A stretch of DNA of 32,000 nucleotides, from contig LFTB01000117.1 of NCBI GenBank assembly GCA_001512905.1, positions 4,252-36,251 of the forward strand, given 5' to 3'. Position numbers and translations under genes: made by a program. This stretch comes from Clostridia bacterium DTU084. GTDB taxonomy: Bacteria; Bacillota; DTU084. Of this stretch, positions 8,616 to 16,853 are shown one piece after another; the first letter of the stretch is position 1; every line of letters starts with the position of its first letter. Under the pieces are notes generated by a model. It was not told where the DNA came from, searched no databases, and saw nothing but the letters and a program-made list of their open reading frames with translations.

Positions 8616-9971
8616 TTACTCTTCAGCCAAAACTCTGCGCTGAATGAAATTGGTGTAAACTTCGCCTTTACGGAAAAAGGCATTATCTAAAACCTTCTGG
8701 TGGAAAGGGATGGTGTTTTTGACCCCTTCCAGCTGGAATTCTGCTAAAGCTCGCTTCATCCTGGCAATGGCCTCTGTGCGGTCTGCACCCCAGGCGATCA
8801 CTTTCGCCACCATGGAATCGTAATAAGGCGGGATCACATAGCCTGGATAAAGAGCTGTCTCCACCCTGATTCCAGGGCCCATAGGCGGTTGGAAATATGT
8901 GATCTGGCCAGGCTGGGGAAGAAAATCCCGTTCTGGGTCTTCTGCTGTAATCCGGCACTCGATGGCATGGCCGCGGATCTTGATGTCCTCTTGGAGGTAG
9001 CCCAGCTCTTCCCCTTGGGCGATTCTGATTTGCTCTTTCACAAGATCAATACCGGTGATAAGTTCTGTCACAGGGTGCTCCACCTGAATGCGGGCGTTCA
9101 TTTCGATGAAGTAATAATTTCCGAACCTGTCCAGGAGAAACTCCATGGTGCCAGCGTTGGTGTAGCCTGCAGCTAAAGCGCCCCGGACTGCAATTAAGCC
9201 CATCTCACGGCGCAAGGCCTCGGAAACAGCCGGAGACGGAGCTTCTTCCAGCATCTTCTGATGCCGCCTCTGAATGGAACAGTCCCGCTCGCCCACATAA
9301 ACTCCCTGGCCGTGTTCGTCGCAGAGGAGTTGAAACTCGATGTGTCTCGGCTCTTCAATAAACTTTTCCAAATAAACCTCTGCGTTGCCGAAAGCTGCCT
9401 CTGCCTCACTTTGGGCAGTGCGAATAGCCTTCACTAGATCATCAGGATGATGGGCCAGCCTCATCCCCCTGCCGCCGCCGCCTGAAGAAGCTTTTACCAG
9501 CACCGGATAGCCGATGGCATGTGCAACCTCAAGGGCTTCCTCTACGCAGGTGATGGGGCCGCTGCTGCCAGGCACTACAGGCACGCCGGCTTCTTCCATG
9601 ATCTTGCGGGCTGTTGCTTTGTCGCCCAACCGTTCAATGGCACCTGGCGACGGACCGATAAATTTAATGCCGTGGCTGGTGCAGATTTCCGCAAAATTAG
9701 CGTTTTCAGCTAGAAACCCGTAGCCGGGGTGAATGGCATCTGCACCTGTGATCATGGCAGCGCTGATAATGTTGGGGATATTGAGATAGCTTGCATTGGA
9801 AGGACCAGGGCCCACACAAATTGCCTCATCAGCAAGGCGCGTATGGTATGCGTCCCGATCAGCTTCTGAGTAGATGGCAACAGAGGCGATGTTCAGTTCC
9901 TTGCAAGCTCTGATGACCCTGACTGCAATTTCGCCGCGGTTGGCAATGAGTACCTTTTTGAAACTCCCCAT
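8616..9971 (-). CDS. accC: Acetyl-CoA carboxylase, biotin carboxylase subunit
   Basis: FKKVLIANRGEIAVRVIRACKELNI, ATP-grasp GGGGRGMR, MNARIQVEHPVTE. The start is taken as ATG 9971 (MGSFKK), 1 nt after the accB stop. The ORF-track start at 10025 lies inside accB. Confidence 0.97.
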   Translation of the reverse strand: MGSFKKVLIANRGEIAVRVIRACKELNIASVAIYSEADRDAYHTRLADEAICVGPGPSNASYLNIPNIISAAMITGADAIHPGYGFLAENANFAEICTSHGIKFIGPSPGAIERLGDKATARKIMEEAGVPVVPGSSGPITCVEEALEVAHAIGYPVLVKASSGGGGRGMRLAHHPDDLVKAIRTAQSEAEAAFGNAEVYLEKFIEEPRHIEFQLLCDEHGQGVYVGERDCSIQRRHQKMLEEAPSPAVSEALRREMGLIAVRGALAAGYTNAGTMEFLLDRFGNYYFIEMNARIQVEHPVTELITGIDLVKEQIRIAQGEELGYLQEDIKIRGHAIECRITAEDPERDFLPQPGQITYFQPPMGPGIRVETALYPGYVIPPYYDSMVAKVIAWGADRTEAIARMKRALAEFQLEGVKNTIPFHQKVLDNAFFRKGEVYTNFIQRRVLAEE

Positions 9972-9972
9972 C

Positions 9973-10455
9973 TTACACCTTCTCCAAAATGAACAAGGGC
10001 TGCCCGTACTCCACTGCCTGTCCATTCTCTGCCAGGATCTTCACAACCCGCCCCCTGACTTCTGATTCGATCTCGTTCATCAGCTTCATGGCTTCGATAA
10101 TGCAGACTGTAGTGCCAACCTCGACTATGGAACCTACATCGATAAATGGCGCTGCATCAGGGCTGGGAGCGCGGTAAAAAGTCCCCACCATAGGCGCCAC
10201 GATCACTTCCTGATTAGGGCCCACAAAGTTCGCTTCGGCCTCCTTCGGGCTTTCAACAGTGCTTGGAACAGCTTTCTCAGGAGGTGCTGCCTGACTTGCT
10301 GCTTGTGCCTGCGGCTGCTGCTTGGCCTCTGCGGCAGGCTCTGCCGCCTTGCTGAGGTAAAGCTTCAGCTGCTGTCCTTCCAACTTGAATTCCGTAAGCT
10401 GGCTCTTGCCGACAAGTTTGATTAATTCTTTCAACTGATCAAAATCCAAATCCAC
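9973..10455 (-). CDS. accB: Acetyl-CoA carboxylase biotin carboxyl carrier protein
   Basis: 160 aa with an Ala/Pro-rich linker and the biotinyl-lysine motif [15 protein letters not shown] start 6 nt after AAAGGAGGT. Confidence 0.95.
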   Translation of the reverse strand: MDLDFDQLKELIKLVGKSQLTEFKLEGQQLKLYLSKAAEPAAEAKQQPQAQAASQAAPPEKAVPSTVESPKEAEANFVGPNQEVIVAPMVGTFYRAPSPDAAPFIDVGSIVEVGTTVCIIEAMKLMNEIESEVRGRVVKILAENGQAVEYGQPLFILEKV

Positions 10456-10497
10456 AAAGCTACCTCCTTTGAGGAATATTTCCTGCTGCTTTTTCTA

Positions 10498-10526
10498 ATT
10501 ATAACAGCCAATTTTTTCCCCTGCAA
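10498..10526 (-). promoter_or_regulatory. Sigma-A-type promoter of accBC with an extended -10
   Basis: The minus strand reads TTGCAG (10526-10521), a 17-nt spacer ending in TGT, then TATAAT (10503-10498). Confidence 0.55.
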
Positions 10527-10569
10527 GGGGAAGTCTATTAAGTATTCTCCATTCTCTTCTCTTTTTCCT

Positions 10570-11052
10570 TTATTTGACAGCAGCTCCTTCGCTAATGGTT
10601 ATTTTTTCTAATGGAAAGCCTGTCTTTCTGGCCACAACTTCTCCGATCCTGGCCACCTCCAGCTCTGTCAGGACTGCTGCCACCACAACAGACGCTTCCC
10701 TGCTGCCAACCAAAACCACTGCCTCTGGAAAGCCCATGGCCTTGAGCATCCCCTCCAGCTCACTTTCCAGCCTCTTCTGCTCTGTGAGCTTCTCTGCTTC
10801 TTCAGTTTTGCCGGAGCGGGTCAAAAGCTCCAGCTGCTCGTCCCGCCTCCGTTCCCTTTGGATCCTTAGGCTGGCGAAGGGATTGGGCTCTTTCTTTTCC
10901 TTTCCTATTGTGTCCTGGACTTCTTCCTCGATCACAACATCCTTAGTATGCGGCTGTCTGAGCATGGCTAAACCAAGGATCAGAAAAGCCACAAGCCAGA
11001 TCAGCACCCCAGCGCCGAGATAAGGGTTTTTGCGCCAGAAAACCAACTTCAT
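10570..11052 (-). CDS. spoIIIAH: Stage III sporulation protein AH
   Basis: 160 aa with an N-terminal TM, a charged linker and a C-terminal YscJ/FliF-like domain (EAVVLVGSREASVVVAA...EVARIGEVVARKTGFPLEKITI). It is the last gene of the spoIIIA cluster. Confidence 0.85.
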   Translation of the reverse strand: MKLVFWRKNPYLGAGVLIWLVAFLILGLAMLRQPHTKDVVIEEEVQDTIGKEKKEPNPFASLRIQRERRRDEQLELLTRSGKTEEAEKLTEQKRLESELEGMLKAMGFPEAVVLVGSREASVVVAAVLTELEVARIGEVVARKTGFPLEKITISEGAAVK

Positions 11053-11643
11053 TTACTTCCCCTCCATCACCATGATTCGATTGGTGCCAACGCCCAAAAA
11101 TGTCGCAGCTGCCTGGATCAGCTTCTCAGCCACAGCCAGATCCCCCGCTCCTTCCGCAACAATCAGCGCACCTTTCACCACAGGGTACACTTCCCGTTCC
11201 AAAACTGGCTCCTCCCGCAACCCGTCCCGTTTTGCAAGGAGGGGCTCTTCCTCCACAGTGGACTCTTCAATCGTCCGCCCTCCAGCGTCTTGTTTTGTCA
11301 CTTTCAGGCTCTCTTTATTTTTTCTGGCATACTCCCGCCTGCTGCTGCCTTCTAAAGTAATGGCCACCTTCACAACCCCCGCTCCTTCAATTGCCGAGAG
11401 GAGCCTTGAAAGTTCCCTTTCAAGCTCTTCTGTCCCCCTGAGCTTCTCTTCCCTGGGCGGTGAAGGCACCTCCTCTTCCCTCCTCGGGGAAGGCTCCTGC
11501 TGGAAGAGGCCAAAGGTGAGGAGCATCACAAGACCCACAAGGCCCACAACCAAGCAATTGGTGAGGAGCCTGCGCTGCCCTTCCCCTAAAGGCTGGCTGC
11601 CCTGGCCCAGGAGCTTGCCTAACCACTGGCTGAATTTGCCCAT
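11053..11643 (-). CDS. spoIIIAG: Stage III sporulation protein AG
   Basis: 196 aa with a TM and then GAGVVKVAITLEGS...YPVVKGALIVAEGAGDLAVAEKLIQAAATFLGVGTNRIMV, the typical SpoIIIAG ring-forming domain. Confidence 0.9.
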   Translation of the reverse strand: MGKFSQWLGKLLGQGSQPLGEGQRRLLTNCLVVGLVGLVMLLTFGLFQQEPSPRREEEVPSPPREEKLRGTEELERELSRLLSAIEGAGVVKVAITLEGSSRREYARKNKESLKVTKQDAGGRTIEESTVEEEPLLAKRDGLREEPVLEREVYPVVKGALIVAEGAGDLAVAEKLIQAAATFLGVGTNRIMVMEGK

Positions 11644-11693
11644 CGGTTACCCTCCAATACTCAGCTGCTTTTTCGATCAAAAAGTACAGGAAT

Positions 11694-12137
11694 CTATTTT
11701 GGAGCCATCAGCTGGATCTGCTCTGCTTCAAGCCCCAGGTGCCGAGCTACGATCCCTGCAACCTCCTCTGGAACTTGCGCCGGCGGATCCAGCTCCACTT
11801 CCACTTTGGTAAGCTTTCCAACTTCTTCCCAGGATCCTTTGGCGGCAGTGCAGGTGTAGCCGTATTTTTCCAGAAGCTGATTTAGCTCCTCCCGGAGGCG
11901 CAGGTCAAAAACCCGCCTGAGGAGCTCCTCTTTTCCCTGGATCTCGCTTTCCCCCACAGAGGGAAGGAGAGGCTCTGGCCCTGCCCTGAAAGACAGAAGA
12001 GGGCTAGCCATGGTGAGGACCAGCACCAGCCCCAAAACCATTCTGCTGAAGCCGCGAAGATTGCCGTCAGGCAGCAGAAACTCTAAAGCACCTGCAAGGA
12101 CAGTCAGGCCCAGAAGGCGCCTGGCCCACTCAGCCAT
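11694..12137 (-). CDS. spoIIIAF: Stage III sporulation protein AF
   Basis: Two N-terminal TM helices plus a small soluble domain; position in the operon fits. The start is taken as ATG 12137, 6 nt after AGGGGTGA. The ORF-track TTG 12143 has no spacing to the SD. Confidence 0.8.
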   Translation of the reverse strand: MAEWARRLLGLTVLAGALEFLLPDGNLRGFSRMVLGLVLVLTMASPLLSFRAGPEPLLPSVGESEIQGKEELLRRVFDLRLREELNQLLEKYGYTCTAAKGSWEEVGKLTKVEVELDPPAQVPEEVAGIVARHLGLEAEQIQLMAPK

Positions 12138-12149
12138 TTGCAATCACCC

Positions 12150-13268
12150 CTAGCCCCAAGGATTGGCAACCTTAACCAGAACTGCGATCCCGACGAAGAA
12201 CATCACGCCCACGCTGAGGACTGCAAGGGACAACAGGAGCAGCCCGTCTGCCATCCAGCCCAAGCCTTCCGCAAGGCGCTCGTCTGCCACAGGCTGGATG
12301 GCAGCTGCGCAGAACCTGTATATTAAAACCAGGGCCAGACCTTTGATAATGGGAACAAAACAGTACAGGGCTATTCCCACCAGACTCAAAACGCCGGCTG
12401 CGCCCCTGATTGTGGCAGAACAGGAAGCCACTACCCCCAAAGCGTCGGTGAGCATCTTGCCTAAAATGGGAATGAGGCTGGCCACCATGAATTTGGTGCT
12501 CCGGACTGTGAGGTTATCCGCAAGGGGCGCTGTGATCCCTTTAATCACCATCAGCCCCATAAAAACGGTAAAAGAGAGGCCCAAAACAATGGTAGCAATT
12601 TGAAACAAAACCTTTGCCAGCCTCTCTAGGGAAAAGCCCTCTGAAAAATTGCCGAATGCACCCAAAGACACACCAGCCAGCACCAGGGGCACCACAAGAA
12701 ACTGGATTACATTAACCAGCCCCGTGACCCCTGCTAAAATAGCAGGCTGCAGGATGGCAGCACCTGTGATGGAGCCACCTGCCACAAGGAGCCCCGAAAA
12801 AATCGGCACTGTGGCGTTGAGAAGGCCCGCCATCTGCCCGATGGCAGTTCGATTTGCTGCCACTGCCAGAGCAAGGCTCCGCAAGGCCAGGGCCAGGAGG
12901 CTGTAGTAGCAGACTGTGAAAGCCAAATCCAAAACTCCCTGACTTGTAAAGCCCGTTTTCAGCTGGGTGAGCAGAGCACACAGCACCCCTAGAGCCAGGA
13001 GCTGTCCCAAAAGTCCCATATTCGCCAGCAGTTCTTTCCAAAGGGACTGCCAGAGAAACTGCACAAGGTCCAGGAGGTTGAAATCGTAGAAGCCGTTCTC
13101 CTTGCTGATCACCTGTCCCAGCTCCAGCCCCGGCAGATTTTCTTCCAAGCCTTTAGCCAGCTCCCTTTCGATTACCGCAAGGTTCTCTCCTCCCAGTTCC
13201 TGCCAGACTTCAGCTTCTGCAGCCTCCTGCCAGGTTTCTCCGTGCGCTGAAATGCTGAAAAAGAGCAA
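12150..13268 (-). CDS. spoIIIAE: Stage III sporulation protein AE (polytopic membrane protein)
   Basis: Multi-TM body (LGQLLALGVLCALLTQL..., ILQPAILAGVTGLVNVIQFLVVP..., LIPILGKMLTDALGVVASCS...). The 579-aa ORF runs through spoIIIAD and spoIIIAC in another frame. The first ATG/GTG/TTG in frame after the spoIIIAD stop is TTG 13268, so the start is uncertain. Confidence 0.85.
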   Translation of the reverse strand: MLFFSISAHGETWQEAAEAEVWQELGGENLAVIERELAKGLEENLPGLELGQVISKENGFYDFNLLDLVQFLWQSLWKELLANMGLLGQLLALGVLCALLTQLKTGFTSQGVLDLAFTVCYYSLLALALRSLALAVAANRTAIGQMAGLLNATVPIFSGLLVAGGSITGAAILQPAILAGVTGLVNVIQFLVVPLVLAGVSLGAFGNFSEGFSLERLAKVLFQIATIVLGLSFTVFMGLMVIKGITAPLADNLTVRSTKFMVASLIPILGKMLTDALGVVASCSATIRGAAGVLSLVGIALYCFVPIIKGLALVLIYRFCAAAIQPVADERLAEGLGWMADGLLLLSLAVLSVGVMFFVGIAVLVKVANPWG

Positions 13269-13276
13269 AATTACGA

Positions 13277-13663
13277 TTAAGGCAGCAGCTGCTCCACAAG
13301 GCCTAAAATGCCGCCCAACACCGGCAGCGCCAGGATCATGATGATCACCTTGGTTGCCAGCTCGATTTTGTCTGCCAAAGCGCCCTCTCCCATGTCCCGG
13401 CAGGTTTGGGCGCCGAAACTGCCCAGGTACGCTATGCCTGTGGTTTTCACTACCAAGCCTAGATAGAGGGGATCCAGTCCCGCCCGTCCCGACAGCTGGC
13501 TGAGAAAGCCCAAGGCTGTTCCCAGTTCCGGTAGCAGGTTCAAGAAAATCAAAACTCCCGCCACAAGGCCCAGGGGAATTGCCAGTTCCGGTTTGGTTTG
13601 CCTGAGGACCGTGGCAAAAAAGGCTGCCACAAGGCCCAGGACCACAACTTGGACGATGGACAC
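13277..13663 (-). CDS. spoIIIAD: Stage III sporulation protein AD
   Basis: 128-aa four-TM protein. GTG start 6 nt after AAGGGGGA. Position in the operon fits. Confidence 0.9.
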   Translation of the reverse strand: MSIVQVVVLGLVAAFFATVLRQTKPELAIPLGLVAGVLIFLNLLPELGTALGFLSQLSGRAGLDPLYLGLVVKTTGIAYLGSFGAQTCRDMGEGALADKIELATKVIIMILALPVLGGILGLVEQLLP

Positions 13664-13675
13664 AGCGCATCCCCC

Positions 13676-13870
13676 TTACAGGCCGAACACAGAGCGGACG
13701 CTGGCAAACAGCTGGCTGACAAGCTGCAGAATCAACATCAAGACCACAACCACCCCTGCTAATGTCAGCATTTGCGCCTGTTCTTCCTTGCCAGCCTGCT
13801 TGAGCACCATGCTCAAAATGGAGATTATCAAACCGATCCCGGCAATGCGAAAGATCATCTCTATATCCAC
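13676..13870 (-). CDS. spoIIIAC: Stage III sporulation protein AC
   Basis: IFRIAGIGLIISILSMVLKQAGKEEQAQMLTLAGVVVVL is the canonical SpoIIIAC pattern. The start is taken as GTG 13870, 6 nt after AAGGGGTG; the ORF extends to GTG 13879. Confidence 0.9.
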   Translation of the reverse strand: MDIEMIFRIAGIGLIISILSMVLKQAGKEEQAQMLTLAGVVVVLMLILQLVSQLFASVRSVFGL

Positions 13871-13882
13871 AAGCAGCACCCC

Positions 13883-14407
13883 TTACCAAAATAAAATCAC
13901 CACCGCAAGGGCAGCTGCAGGCCAGGCAAAGCCGACCAGCTTCCCTTCCTGCGCTATTGCCTCCAAGGCTTTCCGCCTCTGCGCCTCAAGCTGCTCTCTT
14001 ACTCCTTCCAGCCGCTTTAACTGATCTGCGAGATCGCTGGCGCCTAAGTAAGCGCCTAAAGAGTTCAACAAGGCTAGATCTTCCGGGAGGAGGCTCAGGC
14101 GAGGCCCCACTTTGTCTAAAGCCTCCTCCCAGGCCAGCTGGGCGCTGATTCCCCTGCCCTCAGCCAAGGCTGCTGCTGCCTCTTGAAACAATTCTCCAAC
14201 CGGGCCAGATAACTGCCCTGAGAGGTTCTTCAAAAGCTGGGGCAGAGGCGCAAGGAGGCAGTTCATTTCTGTGGCCAGAGCTCCCATGGCCCAGCTGAGC
14301 TGCGCCAGCTGTTCTGCCCTGAGCCTCCAGGCCCCAGTTGCCACTTTCCCTGCCAGGTATCCTGAGGCGAGGATTAAAACTGCGGCTAATGCTTTCATGT
14401 AGATCAT
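13883..14407 (-). CDS. spoIIIAB: Stage III sporulation protein AB
   Basis: 174 aa with an N-terminal TM, a helical GspF-like cytoplasmic domain and a C-terminal TM. Position in the operon fits. The SD GGAGGG is unusually far (18 nt) from ATG 14407. Confidence 0.85.
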   Translation of the reverse strand: MIYMKALAAVLILASGYLAGKVATGAWRLRAEQLAQLSWAMGALATEMNCLLAPLPQLLKNLSGQLSGPVGELFQEAAAALAEGRGISAQLAWEEALDKVGPRLSLLPEDLALLNSLGAYLGASDLADQLKRLEGVREQLEAQRRKALEAIAQEGKLVGFAWPAAALAVVILFW

Positions 14408-14458
14408 GGCTGCGCTACCCGCTTGCCCTCCTTCTACAACTAGTCCACTTTCGTTATA

Positions 14459-14486
14459 TATTTATGCCAGCTTGGACAAAATATGC
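14459..14486 (-). promoter_or_regulatory. Sigma-E-like promoter in front of spoIIIAB
   Basis: The minus strand reads GCATATT (14486-14480), a 13-nt spacer, then CATAAATA (14466-14459). Compare the B. subtilis sigma-E consensus kmATATT / CATACAnT. Confidence 0.4.
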
Positions 14487-14490
14487 CAAT

Positions 14491-14520
14491 AAAAAAAGCG
14501 AGGCCTGAAACCCCGCTCTC
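14491..14520 (-). terminator. Intrinsic-terminator-like hairpin directly after spoIIIAA
   Basis: The minus strand reads AGCGGGG-TTTCAGG-CCTCGCT (7-bp stem with one G-U pair) followed by a T run (T7 including the last stem base). It starts 4 nt after the spoIIIAA stop. Confidence 0.5.
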
Positions 14521-14524
14521 TCGT

Positions 14525-15457
14525 CTAGACTTCTTCTATGCTCCGAACCCACTCCACAGTCCCCACACCCCGCCTCCTTGACAGCAGCACGAAGCGCTGG
14601 AAGACCCTGGCCTCCACCAAATCCCGCAGGATAGGCCGCTCTCTCAGCTCAGCCATGCTCCCTGCATGGGCTGTGGCCAGCACCCCCACCCCTGCGTTCA
14701 GGGCTTCGCCTAAAGCGACAGCGTCCTCTGGTCTGCCGATCTCATCCACACAGATCACCTCAGGAGACATGGAGCGGAGCAGGAGCATGATCCCCTGGGC
14801 TTTGGGACAGGCATCCAGGACATCGGTCCGCAGGCCCACATTACGCTGGGGAACACCTCGGAAAGTGCCTGCCAGCTCAGATCGTTCGTCCACAAGTCCC
14901 ACTCGTCTGCCGCGGATTTGGGCTGTGCCGTCGCTAACCTGCCGCACCAGGTCCCTTAAAATGGTGGTCTTGCCGCAGCGGGGCGGCGAGATAATGAGAG
15001 TTCGGTAGAGCCAGTCTCTTCTTTTGTCGTACAGCTGGGGCAGGAGGGAATCTGCTGCCCCCTGAATTTCCCTTGCAATCCGCACGTTGAGCCCGCCGAT
15101 CTCCCGGAGGCTGTATATTTTCCCATCCCGCATGATTGCCCTGCCCACAAGCCCTACCCTGTGTCCCCCTTCAACTGTAATGTAGCCGCCCCGCAGCTCC
15201 TCTTCCAGGGCATATAGAGAGCTTTTGGTAATTAACTCGAGGCACCCAGTAAGGGCTACAGGGGACAGGGGCGGGGCTTCAGTTGGATCTGCAAGCAGCT
15301 CCCCCCGCTCGCCCAACCACAGATCCCCATCGTGGAGGACGATTTCCACAGGCCTGCCGCAGCGCAGTCTAATCTCCTCCACCTTCTCCCACGGCAAGGT
15401 GCCTAAGATCCCCCTGAGCTGAGGCGGAAATATGGCGAGAAGCTGTCCTAGATCCAT
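14525..15457 (-). CDS. spoIIIAA: Stage III sporulation protein AA (AAA+ ATPase)
   Basis: EEIRLRCGRPV, Walker A PPRCGKTT, Walker B VICVDEIG. The start is taken as ATG 15457 (MDLGQLL), 6 nt after GGGGGAGGTG. The 64-codon in-frame extension to 15649 is AT-rich and lacks an SD. Confidence 0.92.
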   Translation of the reverse strand: MDLGQLLAIFPPQLRGILGTLPWEKVEEIRLRCGRPVEIVLHDGDLWLGERGELLADPTEAPPLSPVALTGCLELITKSSLYALEEELRGGYITVEGGHRVGLVGRAIMRDGKIYSLREIGGLNVRIAREIQGAADSLLPQLYDKRRDWLYRTLIISPPRCGKTTILRDLVRQVSDGTAQIRGRRVGLVDERSELAGTFRGVPQRNVGLRTDVLDACPKAQGIMLLLRSMSPEVICVDEIGRPEDAVALGEALNAGVGVLATAHAGSMAELRERPILRDLVEARVFQRFVLLSRRRGVGTVEWVRSIEEV

Positions 15458-15477
15458 AAATAACACCTCCCCCTTTG

Positions 15478-15506
15478 ATCGTATTCTTAAGGGGGAGGGA
15501 ATATGT
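15478..15506 (-). promoter_or_regulatory. Candidate sigma-E-like promoter of spoIIIAA
   Basis: The minus strand reads ACATATT (15506-15500), a 14-nt spacer, then AATACGAT (15485-15478). The -10 lies in the loop of the inverted repeat 15466-15498. Confidence 0.35.
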
Positions 15507-15786
15507 CTAATGTCGGGCAGGTAAACGATGCGACTATTTCGCAGCGTTGTTCCTTCCACAAAATTTATCCGCATCTCGATTTTCTGCCTCAAATCCACAT
15601 TAAACTGTCCATCATTTGGAAATGTCGGGTATTCATTAGCCCATTCCATAAAGATGCCCGACTAGCGCCGCATCGTTTTCCCGTTAAAGACAGGCAGTTT
15701 CATCGGACAGCAGAGGATTCAATTTTCATGTGGATTTTTCTATAGCTTCTTTAGGCTTTTTGCATAAAATGCCAAGAATGAATCTC

Positions 15787-16066
15787 TCAGTATTGCCTGG
15801 TGATATAGCAAATTTCTTTCCTTAGTTTTTGCATGACCGGCACTAAACTGGTACTCAAGCTATTCCTAGCAATGACAATGTAGGGTGTATTCTCTTCGAA
15901 ATAAATGCTGCTTAGCCGGAGCTCGAGCAACTCCTGGTTACGTACGCCAGTGTCATCCATCAGGATCATAAAAAAACATACCGCAGCTTTTTTTCTTCCC
16001 TACATCTAGTTGCTCAAGAATTGTTTCTAAGAGGCTTCGCTGAAAAACAAAACAATCGTACTCCGT
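15787..16066 (-). pseudogene. Tyrosine recombinase (phage integrase family) fragment, frameshifted and truncated
   Basis: The 60-aa ORF MILMDDTGVRNQELLELRLSSIYFEENTPYIVIARN matches the box-I region (lllDTGlRisELl.L.w.di....n.i.i) including the catalytic Arg. An upstream piece, FQRSLLETILEQLDVGKKKS, lies in another frame and stops interrupt it. There is no C-terminal HxxR...Y part. Confidence 0.55.
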
Positions 16067-16509
16067 TTATCCTTTTTAACAGAATACAGCATAGATCCTT
16101 TGCATATGCCTGAACGCCAGCATCTTTTTCGTTCAACCCTTTCATCATCGTCGCGGCAAACCGTAAATAACAGCATTTATCTCTCATTATTACTGACCTG
16201 ACAACCCCTTCTCGCTATGTTAAAATAAATACACATGGTGGTTGATGCGACGAAAATGTTGAACTTCGCCCCAATAAGAAAACCACAGCAAACACTGAAA
16301 ACAAAGAGGCCGTACTTAAAAAGCAACTGTATAAGATAAACTGTTGAAAGCGCTAGAGCTTCACCAAATTGAGATGTACCTAAAGGGAGCAAAGTTAATT
16401 GAAAATGCACTGACTGAAGCCTGTAGGCTGAAGGGAACCGGGCTGGAAAATTGAGAGCATCGCTGGCAGAACAAGGGATAAATATAGTGTTAAATGCCAT
16501 TTGATGCAA

Positions 16510-16538
16510 TTGATATTTTAAGGGAAGTAACGCATACT
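16510..16538 (+). promoter_or_regulatory. Candidate sigma-A promoter of the antitoxin gene
   Basis: TTGATA (16510-16515), a 17-nt spacer, then CATACT (16533-16538). It is followed by a tandem 9-mer. Confidence 0.3.
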
Positions 16539-16541
16539 ATA

Positions 16542-16559
16542 AGTAAGGAAAGTAAGGAA
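16542..16559 (+). repeat. Tandem duplication AGTAAGGAA x2 between the candidate promoter and the antitoxin start
   Basis: Read directly from the sequence: agtaaggaa agtaaggaa. The function is unknown; it may be an operator or a duplicated SD-like element. Confidence 0.8.
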
Positions 16560-16577
16560 AGGGGTGTATGTAAACCT

Positions 16578-16853
16578 ATGGAAATTGCAAAGATCACTAG
16601 TAAAGGTCAGATCACGATTCCTATAGACATTCGGAGGCGGCTTAACCTTAAAGATGGCGACAAGGTAGTTTTTATTGACGATGGGGAAAAAATAATTTTT
16701 GCTAATGCGGCAAAAATTGCTTTTTTGAATATGCAAAAGGCTTTTGAAGGTGAAGCTAAGCGACTTGGCTTAAAAAGCGAACAAGATGTTGTTGATATTG
16801 TTAAAGAAATAAGAAAAGAAATCTGGGAAAAGAATTATGCGGATAATGATTGA
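16578..16853 (+). CDS. AbrB/MazE/SpoVT-family antitoxin-like DNA-binding protein
   Basis: MEIAKITSKGQITIPIDIRRRLNLKDGDKVVFIDDGEKIIF is the classic SpoVT-AbrB swapped-hairpin motif. I chose the internal ATG 16578 of ORF 16494..16853. The region upstream of it is AT-rich leader. Confidence 0.8.
   Translation: MEIAKITSKGQITIPIDIRRRLNLKDGDKVVFIDDGEKIIFANAAKIAFLNMQKAFEGEAKRLGLKSEQDVVDIVKEIRKEIWEKNYADND

Noticed and set aside
10511-10535. The hairpin TTCCCCT-TGC-AGGGGAA after spoIIIAH, considered as a terminator.
   Set aside because: On the coding strand it is followed by an A-run rather than a U-run. Its right arm overlaps the -35 of the accB promoter, so I treat it as promoter context only.
10574-11812. 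Long plus-strand ORFs antisense to spoIIIAH/AG/AF (149 aa and 260 aa). Similar antisense ORFs occur at 12163..12603, 20976..21548, 25899..26393, 29465..29950 and 30014..30484.
   Set aside because: All are mirror frames of confidently assigned minus-strand genes. They are Ser/Pro/Ala/Arg-rich and low-complexity, with no SD or motifs.
13269-13889. The N-terminal 207 codons of the 579-aa ORF 12150..13889, considered as a real extension of SpoIIIAE.
   Set aside because: It overlaps the well-supported spoIIIAD and spoIIIAC genes in another frame. The translated sequence is Arg/Gly/Pro/Cys-rich with no membrane or signal features.
15458-15649. An in-frame 64-codon N-terminal extension of spoIIIAA (MEWANEYPTFPNDGQF...).
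   Set aside because: There is no SD before 15649 and the composition is AT-rich, island-like. A very strong SD precedes ATG 15457, and SpoIIIAA proteins are about 300-330 aa. It may be debris of an island gene that happens to be in frame.
16177-16509. A 110-aa minus-strand ORF with hydrophobic stretches, considered as a membrane protein or toxin divergent from the antitoxin.
   Set aside because: It has a TTG start without an SD. The better-looking protein-like fragments lie on the opposite strand across a frameshift. It is most likely a chance ORF in AT-rich decayed DNA.
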